Shown piece by piece: positions 36,022-48,542 of a DNA stretch of 64,000 nt. The stretch is from positions 172,005 through 236,004 of the forward strand of contig NMRA01000548.1 in NCBI GenBank assembly GCA_002633005.1, written 5' to 3'. Numbering within the stretch: the stretch's first letter is position 1; each line of letters opens with the position of its first letter. The position numbers were made by a program, and so were the translations under genes. The notes below the pieces were generated by a model. The model worked only from the letters and a program-made list of their open reading frames with translations, did no database searches and was not told the origin of the DNA. This DNA comes from Phoronis australis (lineage: Eukaryota > Animalia > Phoronida).

Positions 36022-38037
36022 TTAATTTAAACCGTCTTCAGGCCAGTTCATTTGTGATAAAAATGACCAGACGGGTTTTCTTTGACTCAGAAACACTCTG
36101 TTATACTTTGCTACCCATTCTGGTCGGACACGATACCCAATATCTCCTTGAGTGGTCAGAGGCAGCCTTCTGGCGAACCAACCGCTATGTGAGCCATGAC
36201 CCGAAATTGCTGGTAGTCTCAGATTAGACATTTCCTTGATTTGTTCCGACGTCATGGTGCGCGCTGTCGGTCTGGGCGGCGGATCGGAATGATCGCGACA
36301 AGACAGTATCCTGTTCAGCTTAAAGAAATAGAAATATCTTCTTAATGTCTTGATCGTATATGGTAAAGGTTTAGTTGTGTCGTACTTAAGGATTTCAACA
36401 CATTTTGGATTTGTTCTGATAACCAAATGGGTATATTTAAGGCGACCTTGGGCCTCCCGCCCTCTCAGTGGCCATGACCAAAACAAATGCTGGCGGCATA
36501 CTGTTTTAGGGGTATCGTGATGATAGCCGTGCCTTTTGAATATTATTATGGTCGCCCCTCATAACTTCATTGATCTCCATCTGCTAATAAATTACTTACC
36601 CGACTGTATTCATCAATCAAAAACTCCCAGTGTTTCGGCCATAAGTGGTTGTCCAGTAACTTCTCTTGTCTCACGTGTCTCCTCCTACAAAACCGTTTGT
36701 TATTCACGTTTTTCAAATTAATCTTTTCTTGCGGTTACCACCGACCCCCACTCTCCCGGTAGTCAATGCTGTAAGTATCTTTTTAGCTCCTGATTGTCAA
36801 CTTTACTTCTACTGCAACCAGTGCGAAAGATTTGCTCGGCCACCCCGACCTCGGTGAACGCGGTATACATGTACACTGTACAATGACCTGGTAGCGGCGT
36901 CTGGAGGGAGTCTGGAGCGGGTTTATACATTTCTAGTCCCCCCCCGCCCCCTATCTGTCGTTAGCCCATTCGGGGCCTGGGGTCTAATATTTCTGCTCGA
37001 AATCTAACCGGCGAATATTTTGACATTTTCCGTTCTATTTGGATGCAAACTCAAAATAATTCTATAAACTGCTTTGAGTATATTATGGTTTACTACATGG
37101 AGGAATTGGGTAGTAAGCCTATTTTGCACTTCATGACCTCAGCATTAAAGATACAAGTTCGAGTCTGAACCTCGAAATCTCCGATTTTTCAGTTTCCACT
37201 CGGGAGATTGTTACTCAAATCTTGGGGTCGTCAAGTGGGAACTTGGACTAGAGACTCATCTGCGTATTAACTGCAGTATACTCGCCAAAGAGTACAGAAT
37301 AATTGGCATAGAATCATTTTGAGTTTGTATTGAAGTAGAACGGAAAATGTCAAAAATATTTTCGATTTCGCCCCGACGTTTTTCTCCACTCGTTTAGCGT
37401 TGCGCTTAAGAATAACCCCCTGGTGATCACGATGCGTTATTTTTGCATAATCTCATGAACGGGAGTCTTCTTGGAGAGTTGCTGCAACACGAGTTTCACT
37501 TGCTGGTGAACACAGGGGTTGCAAATCACATCTTGGTGCAGGCTATTGAAGCTTTAGCTTTCGAATTCATTGAAAATGAACAGGGCCTACACGCATGGGC
37601 GACGTTGCACTGCCCCTATGGTGCGCCGCCCATGACACGTATTCAAGACACCTAATTTAAGGATCGACGCAGTAATTTCATTGAAATAAGGAATCGGTTT
37701 TCAGATATACAGGGGAAAGAGGAGCTGTCGACGAATAATACCCTGAAAATTTAGGAGCATGTTTCGTGCAACCGGACACTATAGTGGCCAACCATGCACG
37801 GGCCAAATTCTGGCAAGTTAGTCCATCTAGTGTGACCAAAGTGTGACACATGTTCAGAAAATTGTTGTCGTCAATGTAGCGTCTACATCATAATAGGCTT
37901 GAATTGTCAAGAATGTATTTTAGAGTTCAATTTCGAGTAAAAAATTTAGACCTAGTTGAAATGTTCATAAAAATGCTATCAAAAGTTGATTACCAGTTTT
38001 CGTCGCTCTCCACTGAGGCTTCTATTCGCTTGGCCAT
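36022..38037 (-). CDS. CIMIP1: C20orf85/CIMIP1 (LLC1)-like ciliary microtubule inner protein, 141 aa; exons 38037-37994, 36684-36600, 36318-36022
   Basis: MAKRIEASVESDENW|RRHVRQEKLLDNHLWPKHWEFLIDEYSR|LNRILS...LPLTTQGDIGYR...LSQMNWPEDGLN*. Matches the family motifs D..W....E....WP..W.FL, P.TTQG.IGWR and the C-terminal L.WP..G. Start context aaccATGG; phases 2 and 0; the last acceptor is an AAG. Confidence 0.8.
37010..37370. mobile_element. MITE with ~55-bp inverted arms in intron 1 of the CIMIP1-like gene
   Basis: aatattttgacattttccgttcta...caaactcaaaat..ttctat is inverted as atagaatcattttgagtttg...tagaacggaaaatgtcaaaaatatt. Confidence 0.7.
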
Positions 38038-38453
38038 GGTTTTGCAAAATCTTCACCAAAAGAAACGATGACGTAATGTGTCGTCGCGATTTCAATTTAG
38101 ATATTCACGGGCGATGAGCGTGAGTGAATACACAATTGTAATTCATATGTATGGAGTTTTTTCTTTGCCGGCCATATAAGAATCAGAAACCGAATAAGCG
38201 CGGTGGTTACAACGTCTCACCTTTATTCTAAGGGCATCATCAGGTAATACAAGTATAGTTTTAACAGAAAACTCAAAGTTCAAATAATAAAATACTAACA
38301 ACAATAAGTAAATATCAAAAGTGCGATGTTAAAAGTCATATGCGAGACAATGCACTTGTAACAGATTTAAAAGCATACTACTTAGCTGATTGTTTCTGGA
38401 GATGCTCTAGCTACAGGCGCTTGAGTTCACCTGTTCCTCGATCGTAAATGACG

Positions 38454-39180
38454 TCACTCACTACTAAGAAAACGTAATATGTTTCGGGAAATTCGAGCGC
38501 CTGTGGCTCTAGCATGGTGATCCTTTATGTACAAAGATTCCAAAGTATATGTCTTTGGCTCACTGGTGAGGATCCTGATATTGTCAGCACAGTGTCCATG
38601 TTCACTATGTATAGTGTCCATAGACACTACTTTTGTCAGATGTACGATGTTCTTCAAAACATTCAGCCAGTCGAGACCAATATAAAAGGTAGGGCAGTCA
38701 TTGCAAGAGATCTTATACACAACGTTACTTCGTTTCACTGTCGGAATAGGCGATTTCAGTTTGCACAACATAGAAGACAGTTTGCAAGGAGACTTAAAAT
38801 GAAATAACTGGTTGAATCCCAAGAAAAATAAAATTTACCAGCCGGATATATTGGCGCTTTAATTTTAAGCTGTCAGTGCCTGCCCAACAAATGAGAAGGA
38901 AAAGTATATTCTTTTCTTTTCGGGGCCAATTATTGGAAGATCCTCTTTGTTTATATTTCATTGACATAACGTAAAATTGCCGTGAGGACTTGACATTGAC
39001 CTCAGGGGTCTCACACTCCACTGATTTATCCACATTATTTTGAAAACGCTTTGCCCAGTCACACATTGTGTGTCATAAAAGAGATAAGCATACCAGCAGC
39101 TGACGCAGCAAGTAGAACTACTCTCGTTTATCACATTGGTGTAGACTCACAATTGAACTGTGGTTTTCTGTAGACCCCAG
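38454..39180 (-). mobile_element. Decayed Penelope-like element (RT C-terminus plus GIY-YIG endonuclease)
   Basis: KLKSPIP..KRSNVVYKISCNDCPTFYIG...LESLYIK in ORF 38454-38822; VYRKP motif on the minus strand at ~39160-39175. Confidence 0.8.
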
Positions 39181-39601
39181 ACCGTCCCGAGTTGCACCAT
39201 ATACCAACTCCGGACGGTCTCTCACGACGATTAAGCGTTATGGAACTGAGACACGACTTTAACATTGTACTAGAGGTCGATCTCTTCGAGCTAAATCATG
39301 ACCAGTATTTGACTGCAAAACAAAAGAGCCGGGAGCATGGCATGAGAACAGGTGGACCATCAGTTGCCGACTCACGTCACACTGAGATCAACGTCTATGT
39401 AGTAGACCGGCAGCCCAGAGCACTTAGCATAGATGAACGAGGTACCAACATCTGACCACGGGAGCATTTAAAGTCCACCTCAGTATGTACAGAAATGGAC
39501 GTCTGCCGTTGTCTGCACTCTGGGTGTGACCCCTGGGGGCCTTACAACCAGCCCAAAAAATGAGCTAGACTAGATATTCGAGGTACCAACCAAAACTGAT
39601 T

Positions 39602-40587
39602 NNNNNNNNNNNNNNNNNNNNNNNNNNNNNNNNNNNNNNNNNNNNNNNNNNNNNNNNNNNNNNNNNNNNNNNNNNNNNNNNNNNNNNNNNNNNNNNNNNN
39701 NNNNNNNNNNNNNNNNNNNNNNNNNNNNNNNNNNNNNNNNNNNNNNNNNNNNNNNNNNNNNNNNNNNNNNNNNNNNNNNNNNNNNNNNNNNNNNNNNNNN
39801 NNNNNNNNNNNNNNNNNNNNNNNNNNNNNNNNNNNNNNNNNNNNNNNNNNNNNNNNNNNNNNNNNNNNNNNNNNNNNNNNNNNNNNNNNNNNNNNNNNNN
39901 NNNNNNNNNNNNNNNNNNNNNNNNNNNNNNNNNNNNNNNNNNNNNNNNNNNNNNNNNNNNNNNNNNNNNNNNNNNNNNNNNNNNNNNNNNNNNNNNNNNN
40001 NNNNNNNNNNNNNNNNNNNNNNNNNNNNNNNNNNNNNNNNNNNNNNNNNNNNNNNNNNNNNNNNNNNNNNNNNNNNNNNNNNNNNNNNNNNNNNNNNNNN
40101 NNNNNNNNNNNNNNNNNNNNNNNNNNNNNNNNNNNNNNNNNNNNNNNNNNNNNNNNNNNNNNNNNNNNNNNNNNNNNNNNNNNNNNNNNNNNNNNNNNNN
40201 NNNNNNNNNNNNNNNNNNNNNNNNNNNNNNNNNNNNNNNNNNNNNNNNNNNNNNNNNNNNNNNNNNNNNNNNNNNNNNNNNNNNNNNNNNNNNNNNNNNN
40301 NNNNNNNNNNNNNNNNNNNNNNNNNNNNNNNNNNNNNNNNNNNNNNNNNNNNNNNNNNNNNNNNNNNNNNNNNNNNNNNNNNNNNNNNNNNNNNNNNNNN
40401 NNNNNNNNNNNNNNNNNNNNNNNNNNNNNNNNNNNNNNNNNNNNNNNNNNNNNNNNNNNNNNNNNNNNNNNNNNNNNNNNNNNNNNNNNNNNNNNNNNNN
40501 NNNNNNNNNNNNNNNNNNNNNNNNNNNNNNNNNNNNNNNNNNNNNNNNNNNNNNNNNNNNNNNNNNNNNNNNNNNNNNNNNNNNNNN
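39602..40587. other. Assembly gap (N run)
   Basis: Run of n. It may hide the first BRMS1L exon(s). Confidence 1.
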
Positions 40588-40864
40588 CCCCCCCCCCCCC
40601 CCCCCGCCTATGTCATTACAATACTCCCCATCGGTCTCTGTATTGATTTCATCCCCATGTATTTGAAACGTGTGGTAGTCCAAATCCGGTCACCAAGTAA
40701 GAGGTATTCTCGTCAAAAATATACTTTACACTTAAAGTTGTCACTTAAACAGGCACTCACTTTCTTCGGTGATCCTTTCTGTTTCTATTATTGAAGCAGA
40801 AAGGATCTTTGAACACGAATTTCATTCTGTCATTATCGTTAGAGCTCCCCGATTCTGTTGGTAA

Positions 40865-40976
40865 TAGCCGGATACATGGGTCCCTGATTTGAGAACCAGT
40901 TACTCCCACTGAATAACGCCCATTACTCATGGTTTTCAAATCAATTTTTAATCGGGGACCCACCTATCCAACTATT
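40865..40976. mobile_element. Short hairpin MITE, family of 2236-2345
   Basis: gggtccc..gatttgagaacca...tggttttcaaatc...ggggaccc inverted arms; ccactgaataacg core. Confidence 0.65.
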
Positions 40977-41195
40977 CTGTTTTAATAGTGATTTAATCTG
41001 ATTTCCATTGTCAAATGTTGGTGATAATTCGATATGCTTTTAGGTGAAAGTATTTTGTTTACAACCAGGTTTTAAAGACTTGTTTTTACAGTGAAATGTT
41101 ATGAAAAGCACTACGTATTATATGAACTCAAGATACAAGCTGAAGAGGCTTATGAAATATGAAGGGATGATTGCATACATAACCACTTCTTTCAG

Positions 41196-44100
41196 AAATG
41201 GACGAAGAAGAATGTGAAAGACGCCGAGATGAATGCATGGATGATATGTCAGACCTGGAGAAGCAGTTCAGTGAACTGAGAGAACAGTACGTTCAGTTTC
41301 ACAGTGCTCTTGTTTGTTTGTGTTTGCCTTATAAACGCATTCTCAGTTATTGTATGCTTATATATAGATATGAAAATTTCAAGTTTAACTCCTTTTTAAT
41401 GTCTTACAAGGCGTATATACTAGGTATGAAAGCTGATATATGAATATGTACGTGTAAATGTTGAACCGCAAATATTTTAAAGTCAGCACGCCACCTGTCT
41501 GTCACATGACATGACATACACATAATACACATAGTGCATATACACTCTGGAGTTTATGGGCCAGATGCCCACTGCTAGGTGTGGTAGGATTCCTGTGTTC
41601 CACCAGTGGTCCCAATGTTTCTGTGGACTAGAATGCCTATATGGTTAGCAGGTCAGGGCAGAAATCCTTTCAGACTTAGGTCACGTGATGTGGCCAAGTG
41701 GCGTGCGGACCATACTTAAAAATGTTTGCGAAAACTGATATATTGCCTGCCTATCTGTACTAATTTCAGATTGTACAGAGAAAGAATAGCCCAAGTTGAG
41801 GCTAAGTTAGAGGAAGTCAAAGCTGGGAAGGCCGCAGAGTACCTGACTCCTTTACTGGAGTTACAAGAAAACATGAGGATCCGGACACAAGTTGCAGGTC
41901 TGGTTATTTACTAACAACGTTTTCATGGTACAACTATTTTATTGGAGAAAATCTGTTTGACAGGGCTGTGGATTTGTAATTTTTTTGTATTTTATTGTTG
42001 ATTCAACGATTAAGTTCTTTAATAAATATAAGAAATGTGGTGGAATATGTCTGGACCAGCAAGCAAACTGGTGATTTTGGACACTTTAGTGAAGTTCAAC
42101 TCTCCCATCTACAGTTACTTGAGAACCAGTGTATGGTCCAAGATGTTAAAAAGACTGCCCAACAGCTCTAGTGGGATTTGTGAGATTTATAATCTTAACA
42201 TTTTTGTATTTCAGGGATTTGGAGAGAATTAGAGCTCATTAATATCAAACATAAGTTTGAGAGTGAGGAGTTGGCTGCCACTCAGAATTTTGAGGTATGG
42301 CTCCATTAGGGGTTGAATTGTCTTTTTGTACATTAGGCCCATAGTGAGCATATTTGCATCTGGTCTGTGCCCTGTCTCGTACTGAAATGCACACCTCAAT
42401 GCTTAGAAATAAAAAGGTGCCTGCCTGCAGCGTTTTTAGTCAAGTACTCTGTATTGAAAAAAGTCAGAGCGCAAATACATTTTCCCTTTAAGTTCATAGC
42501 TATGTTGTTTTCCTGCAATTAGGCCCATGCGGCTCGATTCGAAATACTGAGGTTTTAAGAAATCATTTTCTTGCTTATGAGGAAGGAATCATGTCAACAG
42601 CTTGTGTGCAGCTTTACAGGAGTCTTAAGTGGTGGGATAAATGTTAAGCAGTTCTGTGGAATTCAACTCACAAGTCTTATGTGAAGTCCCTTGTTATGTG
42701 CCTTACTTCAGTATCTGTTAGGTGTGACGCAGTGGAAAAATCATAATTAGCTCGGAATTGAAGCTCAGTTTTAATTGTGTAAATTTAACCACAGGCATTT
42801 CTACTTAAGAAGTCTTTGTTAGATTGATCTCATGCTTTTAAAGCTACAAAACAACTTGATGGTGTTATTTTTACATGTCTCATTTATCTGCAGTTAGAAA
42901 TCTAAATGGCTCGTCAAATAATTATGCATCCTGATTTAATATGCAACGTCTTAATCACTTTTTTCGTGAAATAGATATTGAATGTCTTCATTAACTTGGG
43001 TTTTTTCTGGTAGACATTGTACCTCATACTTATGTTTCTATGGTAGACATTGTACCTCATACTTATGTTTCTATGGTAGACATTGTACCTCATACTTATG
43101 TTTCTATGGTAGACATTGTACCTCATACTTACGTTTCTCTGGTAGACATGCACCTCATACTTACCGGTATGTTTCTATAGTAGACATTGTACTTCATACT
43201 TATGTTTTTCCAGAGTGAAAAAGCCATGTTATACGACTCGGTAAAAGAGGAACTTGAAGAAAAAATTCGTCGCCTGGAGGAGGACAGACACAACATAGAC
43301 ATCCATTCAGGTATGAGGATCTTAATGTTGCACTGGCCTCTCTCGTGCTGACCTGTTTGCTTGATTNATGCATCCTGATTTAATATGCAACGTCTTAATC
43401 ATTTTTTTCGTGAAATAGATATTGAATGTCTTCATTAACTTGGGGTTTTTTCTGGTAGACATTGTACCTCATACTTATGTTTCTATGGTAGACATTGTAC
43501 CTCATACTTATGTTTCTATGGTAGACATTGTACCTCATACTTACGTTTCTCTGGTAGACATGCACCTCATACTTACCGGTATGTTTCTATAGTAGACATT
43601 GTACCTCATACTTATGTTTTTCCAGAGTGAAAAAGCCATGTTATACGACTCGGTAAAAGAGGAACTTGAAGAAAAAATTCGTCGCCTGGAGGAGGACAGA
43701 CACAACATAGACATCCATTCAGGTATGAGGATCTTAATGTTGCACTGGCCTCTCTCGTGCTGACCTGTTTGCTTGATTAAGTTTTTGCCTTGTGACTACG
43801 ATTTTGTTTTCTCTTCTTAAATGCCTGCACTTCTATACCTGTCTTTCAGATTTATGGGAATCTCAGACAACGTCCAGGAAAAACAAAAAGAAACGAGATC
43901 CGTTCAGTTTGGAAAGAAGAAGAAAACCTATCACTGTGTCCGATATCCTTTTTATGTCGGTAAAATGTTGGACGTGTGTTGCTTCTGTCTATTGATCATA
44001 TTGTGTGTAATGGAGCTTATTTCAAGGTCATTCTTTCATTCTTATACTGACTACTAGTCCCGTACCTGAACCTCCGGGTGTGGAATTTGGTCATAGGTGT

Positions 44101-45978
44101 TCAATTTGGTCATAGGTGTGGAATTTGGTCATAGGTGTGGAATTTGGTTACTAGGCAATGGACATCTTTGGCGTGTATGTGGTGTTTAGGGGCACAGGTC
44201 TGGAATTTGTACTATTGGTCCGGTTTGGGTGATAGCGGGAATTAGAAGTGTACTTGCAATCATTTCTACCCCTGGTTACAGTGTCTTCGGTTTTGTGCAG
44301 CCTAACATGTCTAAATTTCACTGTTTATGTTTATGTCTAACTTTCACTGTTTATGTTTATTGCCGCAAGTTGCGGAAGTCACTATGGGCAGAGCATTGGC
44401 TTTAGAGGTGCATTTCACATAAAAATATGCGTCTGCCTTCTTTTGTGGTTTAAGGTCATGTCAGGGCTTGGAATTTTCCGCGGAAACGCAGATTTCCGCT
44501 TTTTTCAAATGTTCTTTCCGCGTATTTTATTACATTTCCGCGTAAAAAAAAATCGGATTTGATATAAAATTTCCGCGGCAAATGTCTTTCTTACCACCGC
44601 GTTGCCGACGACTTTCACCTCGAAAAGCGGAAGTTGCTCTTTATGTTTCGGAGGAACGTAAATTGTCAACATTGCCGGGCATCTGGGATAGCATGGTGGA
44701 TTTCCTCAATGGCGGCTCGTGTGATTGTAAACCGCGGTGACAAATACTACGACTCTGTAGCCAAAAAATGCTTGGAGGTGGGAGTGGCAGACGAGCTAAC
44801 ACGCAGACGCACGCTTCCGGAGGTGGTACCTTTTTTTTAAAATTTTTTTAGTCCTCTCGACTTTGGTTGGCAAAAGGTCCACACCGACTTTTTCAAGGCT
44901 GGCTGCGCATGTTTCGGGCCGTAAAAATTTTCGCGTTTTTCGCCATTGGTCATTCCAAGCCCTGTCATGTGAGACACTTGGAAATTGTCCAAATTCGAAT
45001 AACATCATATCTCAGAAATGGCTGATCAGATTCATGAAGCATTCAGGTACCATAGTTTATAAGTTGTTCTCCAAAAGTCTGTCAGGAATTGTTTTTAAAA
45101 TGTTCCACTTTTTCATGAAAAACTAGCATAAAATAAGACTTTCGATTTTTAAATTGCGTAGAATGGAAGCGAAATGGTGATTTTGAAAACTGTAATAGTG
45201 TTTGTGAGGTTTCATCTTGAACAATTAGGTGAAATGAAATTTAGCATGTTATTGGTAACAAGTTGTTTTGCTATGAATGTATTATATTTTAGTACTGCAT
45301 TTTAATGTATAACACATCGTCATGTGACTCAGACCATGGCAGATTGGTAAAGGGTCAAAAATCTAATTCTACAGGCTCCCTACTTTCAAAAAATGTACAG
45401 TTTTAAAAATTTTGTCTCGTAAATGTTTGGCTAAATACTGATACTGGTCAGTGAGGTCTTACATAACCTTAAAACACGTCTTCCGCATATACTATTATAT
45501 GTTGTCTGTTGCAGCCCACCTTACCTGCTTATTTCTGTTTTCATCTGTTTCGTGAGATCATAAAATACAATCATAGTCAGGTATGCTGTTGTTAATTATG
45601 CATTTTCCTTAACACTTGATCACGTCCCTATATAGTTTATATGTTAAATGATATGGAAATCATTGAAGATTGGACGGTCATCAAAAAGGCGTTAAAACAG
45701 TTTCCTAGAAAGAAGTCTGAGTGTAAGTATATCTTAGTTCCAGTAGTTGATTTAGTTATCCCTTAAGATTGTTTGTTGGGCAAGTTATATTCTTGTTGGC
45801 TTGTGACTGGCTCGCAGTTTGATGACACTCTAGAATTATTGGTAATTGTGCAATCAAAATCATCACAAAGTTGTTAATTTGTGTATTAAGTTCTGTTTTT
45901 GAATTGTGTTTATTTCTATCCACAGCTTTCATTTAAGTTTTTTCTTTTTTCATTCTGGATTTCTTTCCAGATCTATAG
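41196..45978 (+). CDS. BRMS1L: BRMS1/BRMS1L (Sds3-like Sin3-HDAC subunit), 5'-partial; exons 41196-41286, 41770-41897, 42215-42294, 43626-43722 (duplicate at 43214-43310), 43850-43942, 45624-45722, probable last exon 45971-45978
   Basis: [128 protein letters not shown]. Phases are consistent. Confidence 0.93.
42924..43778. repeat. Duplicated segment across n at 43367 (42924-43366 vs 43368-43778), each with a 33-bp minisatellite (6 vs 5 units) and a BRMS1L exon
   Basis: Unit ggtagacattgtacctcatacttatgtttctat; copies are near-identical apart from one unit. Probable uncollapsed alleles. Confidence 0.9.
43943..45623 (+). other. U12-type (minor spliceosome) AT-AC intron of BRMS1L
   Basis: Donor ATATCCTTT at 43943, branch site TTTTCCTTAAC at 45603-45613, acceptor AC at 45622-45623. 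Splicing restores the conserved VS-G-PYIVYML. Confidence 0.92.
44077..44150. repeat. 19-bp tandem repeat x~4
   Basis: ggtgtggaatttggtcata repeated. Confidence 0.85.
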
Positions 45979-48542
45979 CGGAGACAGAAAGAAAACAGCC
46001 GGAATCCTTTACTAAGTGCTACATAGGCCTTTTGTTGACAACAAAGGGATCAAGTTGCCGTCATCTTCCCCTTGGAGGCAATTCACTTGTAGTTTAGTTA
46101 TGCTCTAAATTTTTTCTCTGGCTTGCTTCTCAGCTGGATTCAGTAGACAAGCCAAACGAATAGGCCCGTCCTGAAAAAGCACAGCATCACTCATTCTAAG
46201 GTATTTACATGCAATGCAACTTATGTGGCAAGCATTTGTCCTGCTTCTTCAAATGCAAATGTACCAGTCACTATCTCATATTCTTATTGTTATGTAATTC
46301 AGACAACTTTGTATTATTGCAGTGCTGATACCATCCTAGAAATTAGCAAAAAGGCAAATGAACTCAGAGTACCTGACATTTTGAAAAGTACGTCAGTCTT
46401 GTAATTTACTTTTCTTTTTAAAAAGGAGAATTTAATCCTGGATAATGTCTATTTGCTAATCATTTCGTCATGCTTATCTTCTGCAGAAAACTACATTTCA
46501 CAATGCATATTCAGACATTTTTTTTTCTGAATTGCTTTGTGCTATTAAGTTCTTTCTGCAAAGAATGGTAGAAATGTTTAATTTAAGTTGTTTTTTAACG
46601 GAGACATTGAAATGTGTCACAAAGCAATCATACTTGAAAGTTGTTGCAACCAAATTTGCAGAGTAAAGCGGCTAAAGTTCATATCAAATTTTGTATGTTT
46701 TACAATGAAAGGAATCATGATCTTTGTTCCAGGTACAAAAAATCCCTTAAACAGCATGTCCTTGTATTCTCATAGAACAATGATGGATCAGATGTATCTG
46801 GGGACTGCAATTTTTTTCTGGAATTATCGTTACAGAATGCAAGGACTCACTGTTTTGTGATTTTTTTCTACCAGGATCAAAAATTGCGATCCATTTCAAT
46901 GTATGAAATGCAAAAAAAAATTGATTTAATTTGAATTTCAGCCATCTTATTCGCCAAACCCAGGTTTAGTAACTTCAGCAATGTCCTTGGGGCATTAAAA
47001 TTTCCATTAACCAATATGATTTCCTAACGACTGCATATCTCAATTGTTTCTAAATCACAGACATGTCCCAAAAACTAATTAATTTATTAAACTAATTTTC
47101 TAGTGTACAGTATCCGTTACTTATTTCACGCATTGGTTCTTGTTAGTAGGACAAGTCCCGAGAGAGTACATATTCATGTCGCTCTTGGTAACCGTATGTA
47201 TTCATATAAGAAATTTCAGTGTTCATTATGAGGACACCATTTTCATCAATGGATGTTTTAATATCTAAAGCTTAATGTTTTATGATTATTGAAGTGCCAC
47301 GCCATGTTAAAACGTGGGCTGGCACAAAGCATTTTGAATGAAAAATGTCAATTAGGGTACATTTCTGGCAAATGGATCAACTCTAGAACACGATGGTATG
47401 GTAAATTTAGTGGTAGTAGACTTGGGGGTCCTGCATTTTAGTTAGTGTCAAAATGTTGAGAAATGCCCTCAGCTGTACTTACCTTTCTATGTTGGCAGTT
47501 AGGTATTACAGTGTCAGAAACCTCTCCATTGGGTGGATTGTCTAACCTTGGTCACCCGAGCTTTTCATATGAATGATTTAACAAGTTGAAAACAACTTTG
47601 CAAAGTAAATGATTTTAACTTTGTCTTCTATCGGACATATGGTGTATAGCAGGTGGGAATACCCGGATTAAAGGTTTCCAAGAATTATTTGTTGCTTAGA
47701 GTTCTTTTCAGTTATGGCACATAATATTGTATTTTCATATTTTGAAAAAGCTAGCAAAATACTACACATCATTTATTTTTTTGGAAAGCAAATATATTTT
47801 GTGGTATGTAAATAAATTTATAAGTGGTTTTAAAAAACATCTTCGACAGAATCTTGTGTTCATCCTCTGGTGCAGACCCGCTCGATCCATTTAGGTATTA
47901 GTTTTAGTTTTCAGTTGTTCACTCAATCTTTATTGTCTGTTCCCATGTAACGTACTTTGGTACCACTTAGCTGTGTGCAATGACAGCCACTTACCGGGTA
48001 TATTATTTTCGACGACCATCCCCAATTTCTGTTGTTTTGGGTACCTGTTGGCATGTGTATTTGCAAGTATGAACTTTGTCATCTAAGCAGTTTTGGTACT
48101 GTCGACAGCCAACGCACTTGCAGAAGAAACTGCCTTTCTGTCATGGAATTGCATGTTATTTCAACAGAGGGAAATATGAAACTGTTTTATGCCCTCGCTG
48201 CTGGCGGGAACGTGCTGAACAGTTTCTGAGAGAACCAGAATTTTCTGATGAATGTACTGTTTGTTTTATTCACTTGATTGAAGATTGTCAAATTAAGAAT
48301 TAAGTTCAATTTCCCATACTTGCTGCTACAAATGTTCGATAGATAACTGACATTGAATACTGTTATTTCTGTACATAGTGTTATTTTTTAATAAAAGATG
48401 AGATTTGGTGGTGCGTTGTGCTTTTTCTGTTTCTTGGGCCATCTTGGTACATACTCATAGTACATGTAGGGACGTGTGTGTTAAAAATAACAAAAATAGA
48501 CTTGAAATAGTCAAAAAAGCTCTTAAACTAATTACGAAAACG

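Noticed and set aside
37400-37590. Coding-looking minus-strand stretch (ALFIFNEFES*SFNSLHQDVICNPC...)
   Set aside because: Internal stop and no recognisable family; not needed for the CIMIP1-like gene model.
39565-40683. 372-aa ORF in the track
   Set aside because: Artefact of translating through the N gap.
42914-43218. Repetitive ORFs (also 28747-29106)
   Set aside because: Translations of minisatellites with no coding evidence.
43214-43722. Apparent tandem duplication of a BRMS1L exon (mutually exclusive exons)
   Set aside because: The exon copies look identical and sit either side of a single n. Including both 97-nt exons would frameshift. An uncollapsed haplotype overlap is the simpler explanation.
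47995-48153. Minus-strand Cys-rich stretch (GSFFCKCVGC...C) ending at a phase-1 GTAAGT donor, EGF-like
   Set aside because: The frame is broken upstream, the Cys spacing is atypical and I found no partner exons; too weak to call.
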